28,541 bases of DNA from an uncultured Desulfurococcaceae archaeon (lineage in GTDB: Archaea > Thermoproteota > Thermoprotei_A > Sulfolobales > NBVN01): the NCBI GenBank assembly GCA_964479035.1, contig CAYZJX010000001.1:3878-32418 (forward strand), given 5' to 3'. The translations under genes and the position numbers were made by a program. Below are positions 1-9,631 of this stretch, one piece after another. The notes beneath the pieces are model-generated. The model saw nothing but the letters and a program-made list of their open reading frames with translations, was not told the DNA's origin and searched no databases. Positions within the stretch are counted from its first letter, which is position 1. Each line of letters starts with the position of its first letter.

Positions 1-381
1 AACCTAGCTCCAGACTACATCAGATTTGCTATGGTTGGTGCAGCAGGTACTATAGTAAATCTAGGTGTACTAGCACTACTAAGGTACTTGCTCAATATTT
101 CGCATGCTTACGCATCAGCTATAGCTATTGAGGCGTCAGTAGTAAATAACTTCATATTGAATGATATATGGACTTTCAAAAAATACGGAAAACCTGGTGC
201 ACTACGAAGGTTTCTTAAATTTCATGTATCCTCCGCATTAGGGTTACTTACACAGTGGGTGATTTCATATACGGTATACTATGCAGTGTTAAGCCAGTCA
301 ATCATTGCCCAACTAGTAGGTATCGTAGCAGGTTTCGTAGTTAATTATTTACTTAGCAAGAAATTTGTATGGAGGCTCTGA
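1..381 (+). CDS. GtrA-family membrane domain, 5'-truncated by the window edge (possibly the C-terminus of a GT2/dolichol-phosphate mannosyltransferase-GtrA fusion)
   Basis: The frame is open from position 1 (NLAPDYIRFAMVGAAGTIVNLG). It has four hydrophobic helices with the repeated GtrA patterns RF..VG..G..VN, NF.LND.WTF, RFLKF and NY.LSKKFVW. Confidence 0.8.
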   Translation, partial: NLAPDYIRFAMVGAAGTIVNLGVLALLRYLLNISHAYASAIAIEASVVNNFILNDIWTFKKYGKPGALRRFLKFHVSSALGLLTQWVISYTVYYAVLSQSIIAQLVGIVAGFVVNYLLSKKFVWRL

Positions 382-443
382 CTTTAAATGTCATTTTAAT
401 AAGTAGTACTTGAGGCCAGCTGAAGCTAGCTGGGTGGTCATTA

Positions 444-3400
444 TTGGTGGCAGTGAGTACATCTGTTATACTTGAAGAACTTGGTATAGATGCTGATGTT
501 AAGTGCTATGAGGCCGTAGAGCCAGAAGTCACTAACATTAAGTTTACTGATATACTACCTCAGTTAGGTGTTGGCGGGCAGAGAGCTAAGGAGGTTTCTT
601 CTGCTAAACTCTATAAGCATCAGCTAGAAGCAATTAATGCTCTTCGGAAAGGCCATAACATAATATTAATTTCAGGTACAGGCTCAGGTAAAACCGAGGC
701 GTGGCTGCTTCACGCATTAAGTAATAGGAAAAAAGTACTTGTGATTTATCCGACATTAGCTCTCTCAGCTGATCAGATAAAGAGAATTGAAGATTTCAGT
801 AAAGCTATTAATTCAAGTAATTATGTAGTTAAGATAGATAGGCCATCTATTAGCTCCCTTAATAGCGCCAACATAAGTGCTAGGATCCAGAGTGCAGGAA
901 TAGTTATTACTAATCCAGCATTCCTAATGAGTGACTTAAAAAGAGCAGCTAGTAAGCCATCTAGCTCATACTTACTGCCGTTCCTAAGACTTCTAGATCT
1001 CATAGTTATAGATGAGCTTGACTTCTATGGCTCTAAGGGTGCAGCACTACTTATTTCTATGGTTGAGTTAATTAACAGCTACATAAGGCAGGAAAGTATA
1101 CAGATTGCTGTGCTAACTGCTACGTTAGGTAATGCTGAAGAGCTAGCAACAATATTAGAGGAGGTAACAGGTAGAAGAACAGTAGTAATTAGGGGCAAAC
1201 CTTTCAGAATAAAAAACTGTACTTATGTAGTACTCGGTAAGAATATTGAAACCATAAGAAGGTTAGTATTAGACTACTGTAGGACATATAGTGTTGATGA
1301 CTGGGTAAAGGAGATCGCTAGGGACCCTCAGCTATTTAAGAATTATGTATTAGATATAGTCGAGTACTTGAGGTCTAAGGGGATTAAAGTACCATCTCCA
1401 TATGTAGACCCTGTAGAATTACTTAAGTACTATTTAAGAGATGACCTTGTGACTGTGGTATTTACACCTAGTATTAAGACTGCTGAGAGGCTGATGAGGA
1501 GGCTCAGAGACAGCGTAAGTGACGACCTTAAGAACTTAATTGCTGTACATCATCACCTTGTACCTAAGAATATTAGAGAGAGGATAGAAGAATATGCAAG
1601 GGCTTCACCACCTAAAATAAAAATGATATTTACTGTAAGGACCCTCCTTCAAGGCATAGATATAGGTAATATAATTAGGGTGGTTCACTACGGCCTCCCC
1701 GTAGAAGTGAGGGAATTCTGGCAGAGAGAGGGTAGGAAGGGTAGGAGGAAGGAGTTAGGGGTGGCTGAAACAGTTATAATACCTGTGTCCTCATGGGATA
1801 GGGCAATAATTTCTAATGGGCTAAGAGGTGTGGAGGACTACTCAAGAATTCCCTTGGAGAAGGTCTATGTATTAAGAAGGAATAAGTATTCATTGCTGTT
1901 TAAGGCTCTTTTTAAAGTTATTGCTGGCATATCCTTGAATCATGAAGAACTTAAACTTCTTGAAGACCTTAAGTTAGTAGAAGTAGCAAGAACACTGAGT
2001 GGTGAGAGGCTAGAGCTAAGTGAGCGGGGCCTCGATGTTTGGAGGAGCTTAAACTTCTACGAATTCGGCCCACCTTATGGTGTAAGGAGAGTCATAATTG
2101 GTGATGGTGCTTCAGAAGCAGAGCCTGTCTCACGTAGGGACTTAATTGAGAAGTACCAGTCAGGTGCCATAGATTATTCTTCAGAAGCCGTAGTAGTTAA
2201 AATAGAGCGGGGAGTAATTTATGAAGTACCATCGAGTAGAATTGAAGCTGTAAGACGTAATTACTCCTTCATTAATGAGGCACTGGGTCATTACATGGTG
2301 ATTAAGAGTCGGTGGGGTGAGAAGACAGACTTAATTAGTGATATAATTAAAGGAAAACTGAACTCCGCAGTTGAGGTTAGTATTAGAGTACCTAAGTCAG
2401 GGTTCGGGGAATATTCTGAGAGGCCGTACTGCGTGAGGTGGATAATTGAGTCAAGCAAGCGTGTTAGGTTGGCCCGACTAGGCACTACAATTATTCCCTA
2501 CTATGATGAGGAGGTTATTATGCTTGATGTCAATACTTACGGTACGTACAGGGACTTTACTTACGGGTACTACTATAGGGTGGATCCTGCAGTAGATCCT
2601 ATGGAATTGAGGATTGGTGCTGCAGTAGTCAGGTTATTACTCAGGTTATTACCTAAGTATGCGATATCATTCAGAGAGCTGGACATCTCAGTGGAACACA
2701 CCGTGACCCCAGCATGTACAGTGGCTGTCTGGGAGCCGGAGGCTTCAGGTATTCTTGAAGTTTTGAAATGGGAGGATGTTCTGGAAGAACTAGAAAAGTT
2801 TAAGAAAGCACCTACATTGTGGTTCCCATTAATTAAGCTAATAGATAGAGATGCTGCCGCAGCAATTATTAGTAAGGGAATGAATTGGGGTGAAGTATTA
2901 TCATGTGCGTATAAATTCATTAACGGTATAGCAAATCTAGAGAAAATTGATTTTCCAAATATGAGAATTTACTTGCCTAAGCCATCACCTTCCCTAGGTG
3001 TTATCTCGCTTGAGGCGGTCAGCTCGTCAGACCCCAGCAACAAGTACTTAGTGGCTATGTCATTCTTTGATGGCGAGAAAAAGGAGACCTACATTATTTC
3101 AAATGGGAGGCATCAATTAAGAAAAATTGACGAGTTTGTAGGATCTATACTATCCAAGGCTCTAGACGAAGGATTTACATTAGTTTCATCAACTAATATA
3201 GGTAATTTAATATACAGGAGATCAACACGACTGTTTTACGAACAACTACTAAGTGAGGGTAAATTGATTAATCCCTACCTAGAACTTAAGAAATACTTGA
3301 ATGTTGAACTGCTAAATATTGAGGAGTTAAGTAAAATTCTTAATGTTAAAGTACCAAAAATTTATGCTGGAAGAATTAGTGAGGAGAGGCTTAAGGATTA

Positions 3401-3500
3401 TGTTGAAAACTACGTTATACTTACCTACAGAATCTACTTACTTATTAATGAATTACATAGGAAAGGTGGCAGGTATAAACTTGAGGCAGGTGTTATATAA
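444..3500 (+). CDS. SF2 DEAD/DEAH-box helicase, Hrq/YprA(MrfA)/SftH-like, with C-terminal extension
   Basis: Q motif LYKHQ, Walker A SGTGSGKT, motif Ia YPTLAL, motif II variant DELD, motif III TAT, motif V TLLQGIDIG, motif VI QREGRKGR. 1018 aa, TTG/GTG start. Confidence 0.85.
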   Translation: MVAVSTSVILEELGIDADVKCYEAVEPEVTNIKFTDILPQLGVGGQRAKEVSSAKLYKHQLEAINALRKGHNIILISGTGSGKTEAWLLHALSNRKKVLVIYPTLALSADQIKRIEDFSKAINSSNYVVKIDRPSISSLNSANISARIQSAGIVITNPAFLMSDLKRAASKPSSSYLLPFLRLLDLIVIDELDFYGSKGAALLISMVELINSYIRQESIQIAVLTATLGNAEELATILEEVTGRRTVVIRGKPFRIKNCTYVVLGKNIETIRRLVLDYCRTYSVDDWVKEIARDPQLFKNYVLDIVEYLRSKGIKVPSPYVDPVELLKYYLRDDLVTVVFTPSIKTAERLMRRLRDSVSDDLKNLIAVHHHLVPKNIRERIEEYARASPPKIKMIFTVRTLLQGIDIGNIIRVVHYGLPVEVREFWQREGRKGRRKELGVAETVIIPVSSWDRAIISNGLRGVEDYSRIPLEKVYVLRRNKYSLLFKALFKVIAGISLNHEELKLLEDLKLVEVARTLSGERLELSERGLDVWRSLNFYEFGPPYGVRRVIIGDGASEAEPVSRRDLIEKYQSGAIDYSSEAVVVKIERGVIYEVPSSRIEAVRRNYSFINEALGHYMVIKSRWGEKTDLISDIIKGKLNSAVEVSIRVPKSGFGEYSERPYCVRWIIESSKRVRLARLGTTIIPYYDEEVIMLDVNTYGTYRDFTYGYYYRVDPAVDPMELRIGAAVVRLLLRLLPKYAISFRELDISVEHTVTPACTVAVWEPEASGILEVLKWEDVLEELEKFKKAPTLWFPLIKLIDRDAAAAIISKGMNWGEVLSCAYKFINGIANLEKIDFPNMRIYLPKPSPSLGVISLEAVSSSDPSNKYLVAMSFFDGEKKETYIISNGRHQLRKIDEFVGSILSKALDEGFTLVSSTNIGNLIYRRSTRLFYEQLLSEGKLINPYLELKKYLNVELLNIEELSKILNVKVPKIYAGRISEERLKDYVENYVILTYRIYLLINELHRKGGRYKLEAGVI

Positions 3501-3539
3501 TTGGTAGTTTGATCGTTTTTAATTAAAATAAAGTTTTTC

Positions 3540-4337
3540 TTATATGTTTAGTACCTCAACTATTGGGTTATATTGAGATAATGACGTACTTATCTGCCTC
3601 ATCAGTCTATAGAGGTCTGATGCTCTGACAGGTGTGGATAAAGGTATTAGCCTAAGAACTAAAGAGACTGACGCAGTACTCATTGACTTAATGGGCATGT
3701 AGCTTTCATCCAGCCTGAAAGGAGAGCCTGAAACTACTTCCTTAATAGTCTGTAATATTTCAGTAATATTCAAGTACTCATGAGATGTGACAGTTAGTTC
3801 TAGAAATATACTCGGGTTAAACTCCTTAATGAGTGAATTTACGAGTACTGAATTAGCTATGTATATTTTATTGCCATAGACATCCTCAATGACTGAATTA
3901 AATGGCTGTATTTCAGTTAATCTACCCCTGATTGGGCTACTATAATTGGGTAAATATATTTCAATCCAAATTCCCTTAGCGTATCTTTGTAGTTGTATGG
4001 TAATGAATGCAGTAAATTCTTTAATTTCATAGTAAAACATGATGATAATGAGAAGCCCGATAACAGTGACTATGATGTATGGAGTTAGTGATGCAGTTAT
4101 TGTATGAACAACGACTACAGCGATAATTATAACTACTAATATATCAATTATACGCGTGAGTATCATTCTAGTACCTGTCGATATGAGCCCCCTTCTAACA
4201 AGGGTTGTTACGAACCATGCAACTAGATACCTAACTAAGACAACTATAATGATGAATATTGCTATGTTAATTAGGGTTGTTAGTGGTATATTCTCAAATA
4301 ACTCACTTAAGACTTCAACGACTGTTGAGTTACTCAT
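3540..4337 (-). CDS. Small-conductance mechanosensitive channel (MscS)-like membrane protein
   Basis: Three N-terminal TM segments, then a beta domain (IRGRLTEIQPFNSVIEDVYGNKIYIANSVLVN, matching the MscS G.V.eI....t.i...dg..v.iPNs.l pattern) and an alpha/beta C-terminal domain. It lies 5 nt downstream of the trkA stop. Confidence 0.7.
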   Translation of the reverse strand: MSNSTVVEVLSELFENIPLTTLINIAIFIIIVVLVRYLVAWFVTTLVRRGLISTGTRMILTRIIDILVVIIIAVVVVHTITASLTPYIIVTVIGLLIIIMFYYEIKEFTAFITIQLQRYAKGIWIEIYLPNYSSPIRGRLTEIQPFNSVIEDVYGNKIYIANSVLVNSLIKEFNPSIFLELTVTSHEYLNITEILQTIKEVVSGSPFRLDESYMPIKSMSTASVSLVLRLIPLSTPVRASDLYRLMRQISTSLSQYNPIVEVLNI

Positions 4338-4342
4338 TTACC

Positions 4343-4987
4343 CTACCCCTTAAATAACTTTAGGACATCTGTTGACTTTGTTAGTACTATGAGCTGGTAG
4401 CCGTTCAGTAATCTAAGGTTCTTTTCTGGGGGTTTTAAGGAACTTCCATCAAATACCAGTATTATTCTTATGTCTTCAGGTAAGTTTAATTCCTCGATTT
4501 TCTTATTAACTACCTTATCAGTTTCACTAATTGTTACTCTGTACATTTTATACTCGTTAAACTCAGCTAGTAATGTGGGTGCTCCTACAGATTCAAGGAA
4601 GTTTCTGACTAAATCAGCAATTATTGATGGTGAAGTTACCGGGACTCCAAGTCCCAGTTCCCTAATCAATTCTGCAACCCTCGGGTTCCTGACCCTAGCT
4701 AATCTAAAAGGTATTCTATAGAGCTTTGCTATGGTTAAAGTAAAAATATTTACTTCATCTCGATCAGTTAGTGCTAGAATAACATCGAGTTCAGACATAG
4801 AGATGTCTGCAGTATAGACCGAAGCGTCTGTCGCGTCCTTATTAATTACTAAAACATCGTATTTACTGCTTATATCAGTACATCTTGAAGTGTTCTTCTC
4901 TACAATAACAACTTGATTGCGTTTTAAGTCAATTACCCTAAGTAACTCTTCGGTTACGCTACCACCACCAACTATAAGTATCTTCAT
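4343..4987 (-). CDS. trkA: Trk K+ uptake NAD-binding regulatory subunit (RCK_N + RCK_C)
   Basis: MKILIVGGG Rossmann start, DATD, ALTDRDEVN motif, C-terminal TrkA-C domain. 214 aa. Confidence 0.9.
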   Translation of the reverse strand: MKILIVGGGSVTEELLRVIDLKRNQVVIVEKNTSRCTDISSKYDVLVINKDATDASVYTADISMSELDVILALTDRDEVNIFTLTIAKLYRIPFRLARVRNPRVAELIRELGLGVPVTSPSIIADLVRNFLESVGAPTLLAEFNEYKMYRVTISETDKVVNKKIEELNLPEDIRIILVFDGSSLKPPEKNLRLLNGYQLIVLTKSTDVLKLFKG

Positions 4988-5010
4988 GCCCTAAAACACC
5001 CATGTCATTC

Positions 5011-5033
5011 TAATGCTTTAACCGGAAGCATTA
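5011..5033. repeat. 8-bp perfect inverted repeat (TAATGCTT-n7-AAGCATTA) between trkH and trkA
   Basis: Read directly: 5011-5018 and 5026-5033 are reverse complements. Function unknown. Confidence 0.4.
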
Positions 5034-5074
5034 ATACTTTACCCTAATTAAATTCCTTAGTTATTTAGGTTGTA

Positions 5075-6556
5075 TTACGTCATAGCCTGAGACCTTGATA
5101 GGATTAAAATTTTCTTACCGAATACCAATGAGGCTAGAAAAATTAGATGAAGGTACTCAAGTCTTCCAAGAATCATTAAAGTAATTATAGTGAGCTTAAC
5201 CCCCATGGGGGCTGTGGGTGCAACAATACCTACACTTAGTCCAACACAGCTAGCTGCTGAGGCAGCCTCAAATAGTGAATCTGTTATTGTGTACCCTTGC
5301 GAGGAGATTAAAATAGCTCCTGTTACTACGGCCGCTACATGTAGTATTATAAAGAGCATTGCATGAGAAATATCGCTTTCACTAACGACTCGTCCACCAA
5401 CAGCTATTGGCCTAACAATAGCTGGTGGCGCAATGAGGGATTCAACCATATTCTTAAATTTCTTAAGCACTAAGAGTAGTCTAAATGATTTTATTCCTCC
5501 AGCTGTTGAGAATGACATGCCACCTATAATCATTCCCACTGTTATTATAGTCTTTGTTGTATCTGATAATTTAGCTAGAGACCCTATGCTGAAACCTGTT
5601 GTAGTCATGCCTGAGACATTATTAAAGAATGAAGCAATAAATGCGTACCACACATTATATACTTTATCAACGAATACATAAGATAAGAAAACTAATGATG
5701 AAATAACCAATAAAGATGCAATATAGCACTTAAGTTCTTCGGACCTGAGTAGGGCTCTAAATCTGCCTGTCGTAAAATTATACAGGTCATAAAGATTCAT
5801 TCCTCCCAATACCATAAAGATAAATACTGGTATGTAAGTTAGTGGAACTTTAAGAAATATGTGGAAATACCCGTCATCATAAGTTGACATTCCTCCAGTA
5901 GCTATAGTTGTCATCATATGACATATTGCATCGAAAAAATTCATTCCAGCTGCAACATATGATATTGTGCCAATAAATGTTAATATGACATATATTACTA
6001 GTAGTTGAGCTGCTGTACGGTAGAATGAAGCTTCTATTTTAACAGGTCTTTCAACACCATACAAGTTTTTGGCTACACCGTAAAAGTAGGGTATTAGTAC
6101 CATAGCAAAAACAACGAAGCCCAACTCACCAGCCCACTGCATAAGGCATCTCCAGAAAATTATGGAGTGCTTCATACCTGTTAAAACAAAGACAGTAAAG
6201 CCGGTTCCAGTAAACCCGCTGACCGACTCAAATAGGGTATCAATAAATGGTAGCCCTGTTTGAAGCTTGAGTACAGCAGCACCAATAAATGATACCGAGA
6301 TCCAACCTAGCGCAGCAACTAGTAGTGCCTCTATTGTTGCTAGTGGTGGTGCCTTAATCTTGCTGGCCAAGAGTCCTATAAAGACAAGTGCTTCACCAGT
6401 AAGCAAAAACCATATACTTACTGGCTCTCCGTAGATTACATCAATGAGTGGAACAAGAATCATCAGCAGCCCCAGAATCGTGAGAACCCCTAGGTATGCT
6501 TTGGCTATCCCCTTAAGGTTCACAGCGGCTTCACCACATACTATCCTTAACCTCAA
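5075..6556 (-). CDS. trkH: Trk K+ uptake membrane subunit
   Basis: Four pore-loop signatures (FESVSGFTGTG, TTIATGG, SGMTTTG, SAASCVG), QWAGELG, STAGGIK and MILGRLE. Confidence 0.93.
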   Translation of the reverse strand: MRLRIVCGEAAVNLKGIAKAYLGVLTILGLLMILVPLIDVIYGEPVSIWFLLTGEALVFIGLLASKIKAPPLATIEALLVAALGWISVSFIGAAVLKLQTGLPFIDTLFESVSGFTGTGFTVFVLTGMKHSIIFWRCLMQWAGELGFVVFAMVLIPYFYGVAKNLYGVERPVKIEASFYRTAAQLLVIYVILTFIGTISYVAAGMNFFDAICHMMTTIATGGMSTYDDGYFHIFLKVPLTYIPVFIFMVLGGMNLYDLYNFTTGRFRALLRSEELKCYIASLLVISSLVFLSYVFVDKVYNVWYAFIASFFNNVSGMTTTGFSIGSLAKLSDTTKTIITVGMIIGGMSFSTAGGIKSFRLLLVLKKFKNMVESLIAPPAIVRPIAVGGRVVSESDISHAMLFIILHVAAVVTGAILISSQGYTITDSLFEAASAASCVGLSVGIVAPTAPMGVKLTIITLMILGRLEYLHLIFLASLVFGKKILILSRSQAMT

Positions 6557-6572
6557 AATACTAGAACCCCAG

Positions 6573-6581
6573 AATATAAAA
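6573..6581. promoter_or_regulatory. TATA-like element (AATATAAAA / TTTTATATT) in the 63-bp trkH-hypF divergent gap
   Basis: It is the clearest TATA-like element in the gap, lying about 20 nt from the trkH start and about 40 nt from the hypF start. Confidence 0.4.
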
Positions 6582-6619
6582 GGTTAGAGTAGTTTCTGCT
6601 AAGGGACAGGCAGGGAGCT

Positions 6620-8968
6620 GTGAAGTCAGCTAAAGTAATAGTTACGGGGATCGTGCAGGGTGTAGGCTTTAGGCCAGCTATTTATAGATTAGCAACTAAG
6701 CTAAATCTCAAAGGTTATGTAAGAAATGTAGGTGGCTCGGAAGTTGAAATATGGATTGAGGGCAGTGAGGAAAATATTAGAGAGTTTATAAGTCATCTGC
6801 TAAGTAACATGCCTCCACCAGCAAAAATAGAGTCTGTTCATATTGAGTTCTCTAATCCTCGGGGCTTTAGGACGTTTAAGATAATACCCTCAGCAAAAGG
6901 AAGAATATATAGGTCTATGATACCTCCAGACATAGCTTTATGTGATGAATGCTTAGCGGAGGTCCTGAATCCGCATGACAGGAGGTATAGGTATCCCTTT
7001 AATTCGTGTGCTTGGTGCGGCCCCAGATTCTCTATGATGTACTCAACACCCTATGACAGAGAGAACACAGCTATGAAGGCATTTCCACTATGTAATTATT
7101 GTGCAGGTGAGTACAGGGACCCAAATAATGTGAGGAGATTTCATGCACAGGGAATTAGCTGTCCGCAGTGCGGGCCAAAATTAGAGCTTAGAGATGGTTC
7201 GTGGAAGCTAGTAGAGGTAAAGGATCCTTTAAAAGAGGCTGCAAAGTTAATTAATGAAGGCTACATAGTTGCTGTCAAGGGACTAGGGGGGTATCACATA
7301 GCAGCACTAGCAACCGATGATGACGTAGTAATTAAATTAAGAAGGAGAAAGAGCAGGCCTACTAAGCCATTTGCGGTTATGGTGCTTGACATTAATTCAG
7401 CAGCTAGGATTGTTGAACTTAACAATAATGCTATTAGTATACTTACATCTATGGAGAGGCCTATAGTGCTGCTTCCTAAGAAAAAGGACTCGCCGGTATC
7501 TAAATATGTGTCACCTGGACTAAGTATGGAGGGAATTTTCCTGCCATATACGCCACTACATTATTTGCTGGTAGCAGATATTAGGGATAGAATGGCCATT
7601 ATGACTAGCGGCAATGCTAAGGATTTGCCTATGTGCGTTAATGAGGAGTGTGCTAAAAAAGTACTTCTTAAATTTGTTGATTACGTTTTGCTGCATAATA
7701 GGGAAATAGTTAATAGAGTAGATGATAGTGTAGTTAGATTTACTTCAGGAGAACCTGTTTTATTAAGGAGGGGTAGGGGGTACGCGCCTAAGTGGATTAG
7801 GCTACCCTCAAAGCTTAGTAGGCCTGCTATAGCTTTTGGTGCAGACATACACAATGCCGGTGCCATTGCATTTAATGATAAGGTGGTGCTGACTCAGTAC
7901 ATAGGAGAACTAAGTAATAAGGAAGTTGCCGAGGACTTACTCAAGTACATTAACTTTTTTGTGAGGGTTTATGGAATATCATTGAGGAATTCTATTATTA
8001 TTGTTGATAAGCATCCGAAATACTTGTCTAGGGCGCTAGGTATAGAATTAGCAGAAAAATATGGAGTAGATATAGTAGAAGTACAGCACCATTATGCTCA
8101 TGTTTTAACTACGCTTGTGGACAGGAGATTATGGAGTGGAAAGTTTATTGGATTAGCGCTTGACGGTGTTGGTTATGGTGACGACGGAAATATATGGGGA
8201 TGCGAAGTTCTCTTAATAGAAAATTATTCACCGAAGTACAAGCGACTAGCGCATATGAGGTACACTAGGTCGACTGGCAGTGATAGAGATGTAGTATATC
8301 CTGCAAGAATGCTCATATCTTTCTTAAGCGAGTTCATGGACTCAAGTGATATAAGAGAACTGTTTACTAGACTAGGTATTATGAAAGCGTTGCCCTTAGG
8401 TGAAACAGAGTTTAATGCAGTAATAACTCAATTAAAAGAAACCACACCAGTTAAGATTTCAAGTATCGGTAGGTTGCTAGACTCTATAGCGGTTCTATTG
8501 AATATATGTCATGTCAGAACTTACGAAGGTGAGCCAGCAATACGACTTGAGGCAGAAGCGAAAGATGGCAGATATGTGCTCGATGAGAGGCTGCATAACA
8601 GAATGATAATGTGTGGTGAAGGTACGTATGAGTTAGACGCTTCACCTCTCCTTAAGGAGTTAATTAATATATTAATGAATGGCAGTGGTAGAGAGCGGGA
8701 TATTAAGGACTTGGCATACTCATCGCTAGTGACTATAGGAAGAGCCTTGGCCGCCATAGTAAGAAAAGTTGCTAGAGGAAGGAGGGTAGAGCCTTACATT
8801 TTAATGGGTGGTGGTGCAGTAGTTAATGATGTAATAACGTCTACGATTAAGAAGGAGCTACGTGATGAGGACATGTATGTACTATTACCGAGAAAAGTTC
8901 CACCTAATGATGGAGGAATAGCATTGGGACAAGTAGCCAGCTTACTCGTAGGTGAGTTGATTGAATAG
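6620..8968 (+). CDS. hypF: [NiFe]-hydrogenase maturation carbamoyltransferase
   Basis: Acylphosphatase domain (VQGVGFRP), two Zn fingers (CDEC..CAWCGPR; CNYC..RFHAQGISCPQCGP), KGLGGYH, RRGRGYAP, QHHYAH, DGVGYGDDG and PPNDGGIALGQ. Confidence 0.97.
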   Translation: MKSAKVIVTGIVQGVGFRPAIYRLATKLNLKGYVRNVGGSEVEIWIEGSEENIREFISHLLSNMPPPAKIESVHIEFSNPRGFRTFKIIPSAKGRIYRSMIPPDIALCDECLAEVLNPHDRRYRYPFNSCAWCGPRFSMMYSTPYDRENTAMKAFPLCNYCAGEYRDPNNVRRFHAQGISCPQCGPKLELRDGSWKLVEVKDPLKEAAKLINEGYIVAVKGLGGYHIAALATDDDVVIKLRRRKSRPTKPFAVMVLDINSAARIVELNNNAISILTSMERPIVLLPKKKDSPVSKYVSPGLSMEGIFLPYTPLHYLLVADIRDRMAIMTSGNAKDLPMCVNEECAKKVLLKFVDYVLLHNREIVNRVDDSVVRFTSGEPVLLRRGRGYAPKWIRLPSKLSRPAIAFGADIHNAGAIAFNDKVVLTQYIGELSNKEVAEDLLKYINFFVRVYGISLRNSIIIVDKHPKYLSRALGIELAEKYGVDIVEVQHHYAHVLTTLVDRRLWSGKFIGLALDGVGYGDDGNIWGCEVLLIENYSPKYKRLAHMRYTRSTGSDRDVVYPARMLISFLSEFMDSSDIRELFTRLGIMKALPLGETEFNAVITQLKETTPVKISSIGRLLDSIAVLLNICHVRTYEGEPAIRLEAEAKDGRYVLDERLHNRMIMCGEGTYELDASPLLKELINILMNGSGRERDIKDLAYSSLVTIGRALAAIVRKVARGRRVEPYILMGGGAVVNDVITSTIKKELRDEDMYVLLPRKVPPNDGGIALGQVASLLVGELIE

Positions 8969-9518
8969 GTATTTGGCAAGTTCTGATGAGGTATTTGAAC
9001 TGCTGGTGAAGTACTTACACAAAGTACCTATAGCTGTCCTAGGTATTGGTAATGAATTAAGACGTGATGATGGTTTTGGATCGTATTTAGCTAGGTCACT
9101 AGCTAAATACGTTAGTAAGTACATGGGAATAAGAGACATATACATAATTGATGCAGGAAATGCACCTGAACTTTATACTGACGTACTTCGTAAGGCAAGC
9201 AATGGATCAATAGTACTTATTGATGCTGTATGGTTAGAGGGAGGAGATCCGGGAGATGTAATTGCCTTTATTGTTAGTCAAGAAAAGAGCAGTGGCATGT
9301 CTTCATCAATTATTCAGGGGGTTCAGTTTGTGACAACACATACATTAGATATCAAAATAGTATTAAGAGCTGCAGGTATTGAAGAAGCACTAACTCTGGG
9401 TGTCGTACCTTACTCCATAGAATTTGGAGTAGGATTAACGAAGCCAGTAGCTAGGGCGTTTAGACTTCTATTTAAGGCATTTATTAGGTTCTTTATGGAA
9501 CTAACACAAAATCACTAA
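8961..9518 (+). CDS. hycI: Hydrogenase maturation endopeptidase (HycI family)
   Basis: GIGNELRRDDGFG, IDAG..PE, IDA and the TTHT (STH-like) motif. Overlaps the hypF stop. Confidence 0.88.
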   Translation: MNRYLASSDEVFELLVKYLHKVPIAVLGIGNELRRDDGFGSYLARSLAKYVSKYMGIRDIYIIDAGNAPELYTDVLRKASNGSIVLIDAVWLEGGDPGDVIAFIVSQEKSSGMSSSIIQGVQFVTTHTLDIKIVLRAAGIEEALTLGVVPYSIEFGVGLTKPVARAFRLLFKAFIRFFMELTQNH

Positions 9519-9631
9519 GTTAATAATCAAGTGTGCATTTGAATAAGTAAGTATAATGTGTAACCTATATGTTTAAATAGTTTTCAGTAAGCAAGTCTTT
9601 TTATGCTTCCGTATATGGATATTGGGAATAA

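Noticed and set aside
6190-6230. TrkH first pore loop FTGTG instead of TTTG
   Set aside because: The filter glycine is retained in all four repeats, and to my recollection the TGTG variant is common in archaeal TrkH.
9519-9631. Possible SurR-type operator upstream of the hydrogenase operon
   Set aside because: No GTT-n3-AAC motif was found by eye. Only TATA-like runs (TTTAAATA at 9572-9579) and a weak 3-bp palindrome are present.
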